Assembly: GCA_048885925.1 (NCBI GenBank)
Contig: JBHLLG010000008.1
Span: 17,815-81,814 of the forward strand
Direction of reading: 5' to 3'
DNA length: 64,000 nucleotides
DNA from: Candidatus Hermodarchaeota archaeon
Lineage (GTDB): Archaea > Asgardarchaeota > Lokiarchaeia > Sigyniarchaeales > SOKP01
In this document: piece by piece, positions 50,468 through 58,359 of the stretch
Layout of the letters: each line of letters starts with the position of its first letter
Position numbering within the stretch: position 1 is the first letter of the stretch
The notes under the pieces: generated by a model
Databases searched by the model: none
Told to the model about the DNA's origin: nothing
Seen by the model: only the letters and a program-made list of their open reading frames with translations
Position numbers and translations under genes: made by a program

Positions 50468-50947
50468 GTGATAATTACAAGAAAATTTCCTAAGAAAGTC
50501 CGAAAAATGCGAGGCAGTCGTACACATGGCTATGGTAGAGTAGGTCAACATAGAAAAACGGGACAAAGAGCTGGAAGAGGAAAAACTACTCAATGGAAAA
50601 AAAGCATGTATAGTTATTATTTAAAGCAGAAAGAACTTGGATTTCCTGATCCTGATTGGGATTTGGGAAAAAAAGGCTTTAAAAGACCTCAAGATATTAA
50701 CAGAATCTATCAAGTTAATACTATAAATATTAAAGATTTAGACCATAAAATCGAGAAATTTGTTATCAATAAAAGAGCAACTAAATCTGGAAATAAATAT
50801 AACATTAATTTGAATGAGCTTAACATTCAGAAATTATTAGGTAGAGGAGAAGCCAATAAAGCGATTAATGTTATTGTTAATAAAGCTTCTAAAAAAGCAA
50901 TTGAAAAAATTGAAGCTGCTGGTGGTAAAATTACTTTATTAACTTAA
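50468..50947 (+). CDS. rpl15: 50S ribosomal protein uL15 (start GTG 50468 or ATT 50474)
   Basis: RKMRGSRTHGYG..GQHR, GK.GF, KLLGRG, A.EKIEAAGG. Confidence 0.96.
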   Translation: MIITRKFPKKVRKMRGSRTHGYGRVGQHRKTGQRAGRGKTTQWKKSMYSYYLKQKELGFPDPDWDLGKKGFKRPQDINRIYQVNTINIKDLDHKIEKFVINKRATKSGNKYNINLNELNIQKLLGRGEANKAINVIVNKASKKAIEKIEAAGGKITLLT

Positions 50948-51027
50948 ATAGAACAATAAAAAATTGATTCTATATACTCATTTTATACTATTTATCTTAA
51001 TTGAAAATAATTATTAAAGATTATAAG

Positions 51028-51171
51028 ATGGAAGAAGAATCCTTAAATGAAAATAAAACCAATTACAACAATGAAGATCGAAAAAAGAGAAATATCTGTT
51101 TATTAATTTGCGTAATTATACTTTTAGTGATGATGATACCATCTACAATAGCATTCTTAGCTATTTTCTAA
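51028..51171 (+). CDS. small tail-anchored membrane protein (47 aa)
   Basis: Manual translation MEEESLNENKTNYNNEDRKKRNICLLICVIILLVMMIPSTIAFLAIF*; below the ORF-track cutoff. Confidence 0.55.
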   Translation: MEEESLNENKTNYNNEDRKKRNICLLICVIILLVMMIPSTIAFLAIF

Positions 51172-51183
51172 ACTTTTTTTCTT

Positions 51184-51828
51184 TTAATAGAGCATCTTGT
51201 TTATTAATTGGATTAAGCCTGGTAATATAAAAATAAATTCAAGTGTATTTCCAATAATATGTATGCCAGTAAAAACAATTCCTGTGAGAAAATAAGGAAT
51301 AAATTCATTTAAAGTACCTAAGAAAGACAGAACGTGAATTAATGAAGCGATAATTTGAAAATTTGAAGTAATTAATGCCCCAATTATGCCAAATAAAACC
51401 ATAACAGGAATATTGTAGAAATCTCCATTTAATGTAAATAAATTTTTCTTTTCTATAAGATTACGTGTTAAAGCTCCCAATAATCCAGTTATAGAATAAT
51501 GAGTCAATTGGAATGCCAAAAGTGGTAAAGGAGAAGAACCAAAAGGATTAAAATAACAAAAGATGAAAGAACTTAAGAACCCAACTATCATCCCATCTCT
51601 TTTCCCTAAAATAAAACCAGATAAAAAAATCATTAGAGTAAATAATTCTATGTTGGGTACGTATGCTAATAAATACCCCAAAACTATCGCTAATGCTGTG
51701 AAAGTACTTATTAAAGCAATTCGAAAGGATCTTTGTTCTAACCATACTGAATGATTCACTCGCTCTTGCTTTGTGTCGGTAATTCCCCTTGTTTCATTAG
51801 GTTTTTCTACTTCTGATTTTAACCCCAA
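51184..51828 (-). CDS. ECF transporter S component (CbrT-like, possibly cobalamin)
   Basis: IALIS.F.ALA, PNIEL, G...G...G..VG, F...HIIGN; six TM helices. Confidence 0.75.
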   Translation of the reverse strand: MGLKSEVEKPNETRGITDTKQERVNHSVWLEQRSFRIALISTFTALAIVLGYLLAYVPNIELFTLMIFLSGFILGKRDGMIVGFLSSFIFCYFNPFGSSPLPLLAFQLTHYSITGLLGALTRNLIEKKNLFTLNGDFYNIPVMVLFGIIGALITSNFQIIASLIHVLSFLGTLNEFIPYFLTGIVFTGIHIIGNTLEFIFILPGLIQLINKMLY

Positions 51829-52008
51829 TATAATCTCAGTTTAAATTTCTTTTTAATATGTTAATTAGTAAGGAACGAAAGAATTTAAATATATAGGTTA
51901 AGTTTCCCATAGCACTCCGGGCTTCTACTCTTCAAAAAATAAGATTAGGAGGAGTGATTTTTTTCTCTAAAAATTAATTAAGAAAGTAAATTTTTTTCGA
52001 GAATTTTG

Positions 52009-52449
52009 TTAGGATTTATTAAACTTTATTTCTTGTTCTCCCTCTCCCCGAGTTAAAGCACTCATTTGACTTAAAGAAGCCAAGTGTTTTAATCCTTTAA
52101 CTTTGATTTTTCGAGCAAGAACTTTTCTCCGTATATCTTTGCCTGAGAGTGTTCCATCACCAATTTCTTTAAATATTTGCCTTGTAGTTTTCATATAACT
52201 ATCCCACCCTAGCTTTTCTTTCTTCACATTTTCTTTAGGTACATTTTTTACACTTCTCACAGATATAGTTCCTTTATCAACTTCAATTAAGGCAGCATTT
52301 TCGGCATCTGTTGGATTTAAAAGTATTTTGATACACTCTTCCTTAAACTGCTCCTTGAACTTTTCATTTGTATTTAATAATTCATATCTTTCTTTAATTG
52401 CTTTAACAAATTCACTTAATTCTTCAATACTTAGATCTGGTTCTGACAT
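52009..52449 (-). CDS. SCP2/sterol-carrier-like domain protein
   Basis: I.VDKG.I.V, F.EI.DG.LS, L.RKIKVKG pattern. Confidence 0.55.
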   Translation of the reverse strand: MSEPDLSIEELSEFVKAIKERYELLNTNEKFKEQFKEECIKILLNPTDAENAALIEVDKGTISVRSVKNVPKENVKKEKLGWDSYMKTTRQIFKEIGDGTLSGKDIRRKVLARKIKVKGLKHLASLSQMSALTRGEGEQEIKFNKS

Positions 52450-52601
52450 AATTCCTAAACTTTAGTTTTGGATTTGATTTTATGTGCTAAAATTAATTAT
52501 TATCCCCTAATATTTAAATTTTTGACATTTTTATCAAATTCTATTAATTCAATAGAACAAAAGAATATTATCAATTTTGAATAACTTTTGGAATAAGAGT
52601 T

Positions 52602-53027
52602 CTAAAATGAAAGTGAATTATCTACTCTAAAATACTTCTTTAAATTAAAAATATCCGCTTCTATTGATTTCGACTTTTTATTATATACTTCATTTGGATA
52701 ATTTCTTAAGGAAAATTCAGCTAATTGGAAAAGAATTCTATTCAAATTTTCTCCTTTTTGGGTTAAAGAATATTCTATCGTTACTGGAGTCGTGGACTTA
52801 ATTGTCTTTTTAATAATATTTGACTTTTGTAATTCTTTTAAACGCAAAGATAGCATTTTTGTACTAAGTTGAGGATTAGATTCTAAAAATTCGGTAAATC
52901 GCGTTTTACCTTTAAATAAATCTCTAATTATTTGTATTGACCATTTCTTTCCAATAATATTTAGAGTTGCTTCTATAGGACAATTTTTCATATTCTCTAA
53001 ATCTTCAAATACTTCCATTTTCCTCAC
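52602..53027 (-). CDS. HxlR family winged-helix transcriptional regulator
   Basis: CPIEATLNIIGKKWSIQIIRDL..GKTRF.E, LS.RLKEL, EYSLTQKG. Confidence 0.92.
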   Translation of the reverse strand: MRKMEVFEDLENMKNCPIEATLNIIGKKWSIQIIRDLFKGKTRFTEFLESNPQLSTKMLSLRLKELQKSNIIKKTIKSTTPVTIEYSLTQKGENLNRILFQLAEFSLRNYPNEVYNKKSKSIEADIFNLKKYFRVDNSLSF

Positions 53028-53039
53028 ATCATTACCAGT

Positions 53040-53098
53040 AAGTAACTTATTAATTTAAATAAAATAAAAGTTTGTTACTTTATATCATTTTGTTACTT
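53040..53098. promoter_or_regulatory. putative HxlR operator sites
   Basis: AAGTAAC (53040-53046) plus two TTTGTTACTT copies (53071-53080, 53089-53098) between the divergent hxlR and SRPBCC genes. Confidence 0.45.
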
Positions 53099-53159
53099 AA
53101 ATAAATTTACTATTAAAAACATCAATGAAATAAACAAATAATTAATTAGGTAATTAGAG

Positions 53160-53624
53160 ATGGAACATATTATTCTGGTTAAAGAAGAAATTAATTGTGA
53201 TGTCAATACTGCATTTTCAATGTTTACAAAAAACGAACTTTTAGAGAATTGGCTAACAATAAAAGCTGATGTAGATCCTAAACTTGGAGGTAAATATGAA
53301 CTCTTTTGGGTACCTGAACATCCAGAAAATGATAGTACAATTGGTTGTAAAATTACTGGAATTGAGAAAAATAAATTTATTTCATTTGATTGGAAAGGCC
53401 CAGCAGAGTTTAAATCTTTTATGAATTTTGCTGATCCTTTAACACACGTAATTATATTTTTTTCTCATAACAATAATAACCCAAAGAAAACAATTATCCA
53501 TTTATTCCATACAGGGTGGAGAAAGGATTTAAATTGGCAAAAAGCTCGTGAATATTTTGAAAAAGCTTGGTTAAAGGCATTACAAGGTTTAAAAGAAAAA
53601 ATCAAACAGAAGGAACTAATTTAA
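53160..53624 (+). CDS. SRPBCC (Aha1/START-like) domain protein
   Basis: F..FT..E.L..W, DPKLGGKY, ISFDW, T.IHL.HTGW. Confidence 0.88.
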   Translation: MEHIILVKEEINCDVNTAFSMFTKNELLENWLTIKADVDPKLGGKYELFWVPEHPENDSTIGCKITGIEKNKFISFDWKGPAEFKSFMNFADPLTHVIIFFSHNNNNPKKTIIHLFHTGWRKDLNWQKAREYFEKAWLKALQGLKEKIKQKELI

Positions 53625-53651
53625 TAAATAAGTAACATAAATTTTTTTTAT

Positions 53652-54749
53652 TTATTCAATAATTTCAATTTCTTCTCTTTGTAGAGGAACCTGCTCTCTT
53701 TCAAATCGTTTCATAGTAATAGCGTCATTTGGACATGTCACAGCACATAATCCACATCCCATGCATTTATTTGTATCAATTTTAGCTAAATCTTCAATTT
53801 TAATGGCATGAAACTTACATCGAGTAATACATGTTTCACATCCTTCACATAGATCCTCATCAATTAAAGCAATATAATTTGCTTTCCCAATAGCTCTAGG
53901 ATAATTAAATTTGGTTAAACCAGTTAATAAAGCACAACAGCATTCGCAACACGCACAAATTAACCTACAGTTTATCCCTACATTATCAGTAGAATGAACA
54001 AGACCTATTTCTGAAGCGTTTTTCGTAAGCTCCCTTGCCTCTTCCTTTGTAATTTCCCTAATGATAGGATCTCCTTGCATTAATGCAGATTTTGCAAAAG
54101 CACCTAGTAAGATACATGTATGGATTGGGTATTTATCTCTGCATTTTCTAGTTCCATTAATTTCTTGTCTATTACGACAAGGGCATGGAATTACGGCAAA
54201 ATCATTATTTTGTTCGATAATACTATAAACTTCTTCAATAGGTACAATTTCATCTTGAGGTTCAATTTTTTCGCTAACTGTTAATATTCTATTTCGTGGA
54301 GTTCCATCTGCTGTAGATTCCCATTTTTTATAATATCTTTCATCATAAAAAAATTTTAAACCTAAATGAGCAAATTTTTTAGCATTTTCTCCATTATAAT
54401 TTGCTTTTAAAAAGAAAGGGCCATCCCAAATGATTAAAGGACTAGGAAGGGAATATGCTTTTCCTAAATTTACTATAAATCCTTTTTCAGTTAAATATTT
54501 TAACTTTTCAATAAGTTGATTTTTATCAATGTTCAGTTTTTTGGCAAATTTGACAATCGACATCATCTTGGGAAAAAAATTCAGCACTTGTATTATTTCA
54601 GCTATCTCTGGATTGTACATCATACTTAATTACTCCAAATATGTCTGAGTGGGTTCCCCATTCTCATCAGTAGGAACAGAATACCATTCATACTTTAATC
54701 TTCTAGCAAGGTTCAACAAATTTTTTCTATGTTCCTCAGATTCAATCAT
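53652..54749 (-). pseudogene. 4Fe-4S binding protein interrupted by an in-frame TAA at 54632-54630 (pseudogene or sequencing error)
   Basis: CPCR, ICACCECCC, CEGCETCITRC, CMGCGLCAVTCP; the same frame extends upstream to ATG 54749 through a single TAA. Confidence 0.7.
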
Positions 54750-54898
54750 TTTTCATTTCATTCAAAATAAATTGCAGTATTTGTTATTATCGACTTCTAA
54801 ATTTATATAATTTGTTGTAAAAAGTAATTGTTAAATTTCCTTTATTTTGAAAAAGGAATATTTAGCAAGAATATAATTACTTATTAAATTTAAACCTC

Positions 54899-55603
54899 TT
54901 ATGCATCAGAAGGCAAATATATAGCTATTTTACAAACATCTCCTCCATTCAAAACGGATTCTAACACTTCAACTTCTACTGGTTTTTGTAATATCTCTTC
55001 CCAAATACCCTTATAAAAACCAGCTCCACAATAGCAATATGTTGGAGATATTTTTACTCCTGGACTTTTTAAAACATCTCTTATTCTAGGACAATGACAA
55101 TAATGTGCCTTTTTCTTTTCTTGATCTGATTCCTCCATATATTCTACAAGAAATCCACTTTTTGGTATTTTCGTAGCAATAATTTTATTCTTTTTTTTAA
55201 TTCCAGCTAAGCCCCAACCTCTTTTTACAATAAAATTAAAATATTCCTCATTTAATTTCAAATCATTTTTTAAGAAATTTTTGAATTTTTCCTGAAGCAT
55301 TTGGTGAACTAAGTCAAGATTTTTTGTTTCTTCATATTTTTTCTTAATTTCTTGTAATTCAGTTTTAGGATATTGGCATGCACATCCTGTCATAATTTTA
55401 ATGCGTTTTTCTTCATTAATGAGTGAATCAAGTCTTTCCATTGCTTCCTTAGACCAACTAAATTTAATATCTACATTTGTTTTATCATTGAAGTTTTCAC
55501 TCCCAGTTAAAACTTTATTCTTAATATCTTGTCTAACAATTTCATCTAGGCATTTTGAGAATTTATTTAACCAATACTTCTCGAAATCAAATTCTTCAGA
55601 CAT
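54899..55603 (-). CDS. DUF6144/V4R-like cysteine-motif protein
   Basis: GCAC, YCHCP, TYCYCGAGFY..IWE.IL..PV.VEVLESV..GGDVC. Confidence 0.7.
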   Translation of the reverse strand: MSEEFDFEKYWLNKFSKCLDEIVRQDIKNKVLTGSENFNDKTNVDIKFSWSKEAMERLDSLINEEKRIKIMTGCACQYPKTELQEIKKKYEETKNLDLVHQMLQEKFKNFLKNDLKLNEEYFNFIVKRGWGLAGIKKKNKIIATKIPKSGFLVEYMEESDQEKKKAHYCHCPRIRDVLKSPGVKISPTYCYCGAGFYKGIWEEILQKPVEVEVLESVLNGGDVCKIAIYLPSDA

Positions 55604-56053
55604 TTTATCATTTCCACTTATAATGATGTTTAATCAAATAAGTTTGACTTTAATAATCAAATTTCTACCGTATTAATAAATTTATTAGTAGTACCCCTAA
55701 CTTGTCAAATTATCAAGATTAACTATATATTTAAATTGATCAACTTAAGAATTTAATCTGGTTTTTTGCTAATCCTAAATTATTAGAAGGTACTGAACAT
55801 GAATCCCTTTGAGATTATAACTATAGAACTGGTAAAAAAGTTTATTTAACTAACTATACGACTTTTCTAAACTTAATTTTTATATCTTCTCTAGATTCAA
55901 TATTATAAGAGAAAAAGACCAGAACTCATAGACCAAGTTTCCATATCTTTAAATAGATTGTTTCCTTAATAAAATTATATTTGGATAATATGGTAACTTA
56001 TCCTATTTATTAACAATAAATAAAATTTAGCAATAGAAAATAATACTAAAATT

Positions 56054-57820
56054 ATGAAAGATCTAAAAAAATTAACCTATTTCATCATTTCTTTAACAAT
56101 TATACACCTCATATATCTGAGTTCAGTCCCTATTGTTAAAGCTGAAGATGGAATTTCAAATTCATATTATCAAAATCTCAATTTCAATAGGATTTATGTT
56201 TACGAAGTTTCTCAATTTGGTGATCCTACAGGATGGTACAATTTTACATTTGATCTTGAAGGTTTTTGGAAAACAAATCCAGGAGGTCAAATTAGGATTA
56301 ATCTAACAGGATTTTATAATAAGGATGTAAACGATTGGGGGAATGTATTTGATGATCCAATACCTTGGTATGATATTGAAATTTTAGAGAACAATTTTGG
56401 TATTCTTAATATGAATTTTTCTTTAAATAATAGATCCAATAGCGAAGTTTCAAATGCACTAACTCTTGGATATAATAGTTTTCAGCCGGGTTTTTTAATA
56501 CCAAACAAAAATTTTACAAATATGAAGAAACTAGCATCGAATCAAGCAAATCCAGAAGATTCTTTTGTTATAGGAGAGGCTAATGTTGAAGAAACTTACA
56601 ATTTCTTATATATTGGTTTTGATCAAATAGGTGGAGATCAAAACACCGATTTGATATACGATAAGAGGACAGGATTGTTAGTTTGGGCAAAAACAAGTGT
56701 TTTCGGATACTTTCTTGAAATTAAATCATTAAACTTCACAATTGAAGAAAGTCTTATTTATAATGTCCTTCAATTTAATGAAGCAACATCATGGTATAAT
56801 TTAACAGGAGGTTTTGAGGGAAATTGGGAAACGAATTGCGGAGGCCAAATTATTGTTAACCTTAAAGGATATTACAATAAAGATCCAAATGATTGGGGTA
56901 ATATAATAGATGATCCAATTCCTTGGTTTGATATAGAAATAAAAGAAAATATCTCGGGGATTTTGAAAACAAATTTTACGATAGCAAATAGATCAAATAG
57001 TGAGTTAGGTTGGACATTTATATTGGGATATAATGGTTTTCAATCTGGTTTTCTTATACAAATTATAGATAATTTGACAAGAGTAAAAAAATTGGCTTTG
57101 CAAGAAGCATCTGGATTTGCTAATGGATTAGTTTCTATAGAAGAAACACAATTAACTATTAAAATAACATTTGATCAAATTGATGGAGATCAAAAAACTT
57201 ATATGATTTATGAAAAACGTACCGGATTATTACTTTGGGCTAATAGTTCTGTTTCGAATTATTACCTTGAAATGGTAATTGATGATTATCTCCCATGGGT
57301 GTCTATAAAAGATGATTCTGGTAAACCAAATAACAGTTTTTTGATGTTCTTACCGTATATAATTATTACGGCAATAAGTATAACTTTAATGTCCACATCT
57401 CTAATTATTTCGAAATATTACTCAAAATTCAAGAAATTTAACAAATATATATTGGTTGCTATATTAGCTATTGCTAGTTTTACTTCTTTCTTTGTATTTA
57501 CCTTCAGTATAGAAGTTGGTGAAGTGAATGAACCCTTAAAAGAAGTTCAAGACATTACTTTAATAATCGATTATGGAAATGGAACAATAGAAACTTGGGA
57601 AAATTTTGAATTAACTGATTTCAATACTACTGCTTTTGACGCATTAAATAAATGGTGCGATATTGAATTCACTGATTATGGCGATATGGGACTTATAGTA
57701 GAAAGTATTAATAATATAAAAGGAAATTGGCTTTATTCGGTTAATGATGAATCTCCAGGTGTATCAGCTCAAAAATACAATTTGAAAAATGGAGATATAA
57801 TCAAATGGACTTTTCACTAA
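56054..57820 (+). CDS. surface glycoprotein with two tandem ~180-aa repeats, two TM helices and a C-terminal DUF4430 (transcobalamin-like) domain
   Basis: Signal peptide; internal repeats; C-terminal LIIDYGNG...TAFDAL...G..VESIN...WLYSVN...VSA..Y.LKNGD.IKW. Confidence 0.75.
   Translation: MKDLKKLTYFIISLTIIHLIYLSSVPIVKAEDGISNSYYQNLNFNRIYVYEVSQFGDPTGWYNFTFDLEGFWKTNPGGQIRINLTGFYNKDVNDWGNVFDDPIPWYDIEILENNFGILNMNFSLNNRSNSEVSNALTLGYNSFQPGFLIPNKNFTNMKKLASNQANPEDSFVIGEANVEETYNFLYIGFDQIGGDQNTDLIYDKRTGLLVWAKTSVFGYFLEIKSLNFTIEESLIYNVLQFNEATSWYNLTGGFEGNWETNCGGQIIVNLKGYYNKDPNDWGNIIDDPIPWFDIEIKENISGILKTNFTIANRSNSELGWTFILGYNGFQSGFLIQIIDNLTRVKKLALQEASGFANGLVSIEETQLTIKITFDQIDGDQKTYMIYEKRTGLLLWANSSVSNYYLEMVIDDYLPWVSIKDDSGKPNNSFLMFLPYIIITAISITLMSTSLIISKYYSKFKKFNKYILVAILAIASFTSFFVFTFSIEVGEVNEPLKEVQDITLIIDYGNGTIETWENFELTDFNTTAFDALNKWCDIEFTDYGDMGLIVESINNIKGNWLYSVNDESPGVSAQKYNLKNGDIIKWTFH
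56195..57275 (+). repeat. intragenic tandem duplication (~56195-56730 and ~56755-57275)
   Basis: GGQI.(I/V)NL.G.YNKD.NDWGN..DDPIPW.DIEI.EN, NRSNSE, LGYN.FQ.GFLI, FDQI.GDQ.T..IY.KRTGLL.WA occur twice. Confidence 0.9.
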
Positions 57821-57884
57821 AAGACAAACTTCTTTTTTTATTTTCTCTAAAGAAAAGTATATAATCAGAATAGAGGTAAAAAAA

Positions 57885-58319
57885 TTAGTACTTTATATCT
57901 TTAGTTTCAATTTTTTTTAAAACAGGTTCCATTTCTTTGAAGGCTTTCCTAATTTTATGGAAATAGTATCCTAATTTATACCCTTTTTTACAATTTGTAA
58001 ATAGCATGAAATTGTTATCAGCAGATCCGACTAAAATAATTGTATATCCTTTAGTTCCTCGAATAACAATATCTCTTAATTCACCTTGCTCTAACCCTCG
58101 GCTAATTTTTTCACCTAATGAAATTAATGTAGCAGGGCTAGCACTATAAATATCCCATACAACATCTGCAGTTTCAGAACTCGCAATTCTTAATCCCGTT
58201 TTTGAAACTACGGCAGTTCCTTCTAGGTCAGTGGATGCTTCTAACTTTTCTAAATTGCGCATTAATTCATCTAAGATGTCCTGACTTATTGCAATTTCAG
58301 TATCCTTCGCTTTTTCCAA
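57885..58319 (-). CDS. roadblock/LC7 domain protein (divergent)
   Basis: GTAVVSKTGLRIAS, SA..ATLISLGEKI..GL..GEL.DIVIRGTKG. Confidence 0.85.
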   Translation of the reverse strand: MEKAKDTEIAISQDILDELMRNLEKLEASTDLEGTAVVSKTGLRIASSETADVVWDIYSASPATLISLGEKISRGLEQGELRDIVIRGTKGYTIILVGSADNNFMLFTNCKKGYKLGYYFHKIRKAFKEMEPVLKKIETKDIKY

Positions 58320-58359
58320 TTTTCACACCTTTATTAAGTTAATATAAATTTTTGAAAAT

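Noticed and set aside
51028-51171. SNARE-like identity for the tail-anchored micro-protein
   Set aside because: The soluble part is only ~20 aa, too short for a SNARE heptad motif
51895-51935. Cobalamin riboswitch (minus-strand AAGCCCGGAG resembles the 3' AGCCxGGAGAC motif)
   Set aside because: The other core elements (GGGAA...GCCACTG B12 box) are not in the required order; kept only as an unclassified hairpin
55981-56005. GGATAA-N9-TTATCC inverted repeat as a Xer dif site
   Set aside because: Does not fit the 11-6-11 dif geometry; at most a regulator site upstream of the DUF4430 gene
55604-56053. Possible pseudogene remnant in the 450-nt spacer
   Set aside because: No recognisable protein fragment could be read by eye
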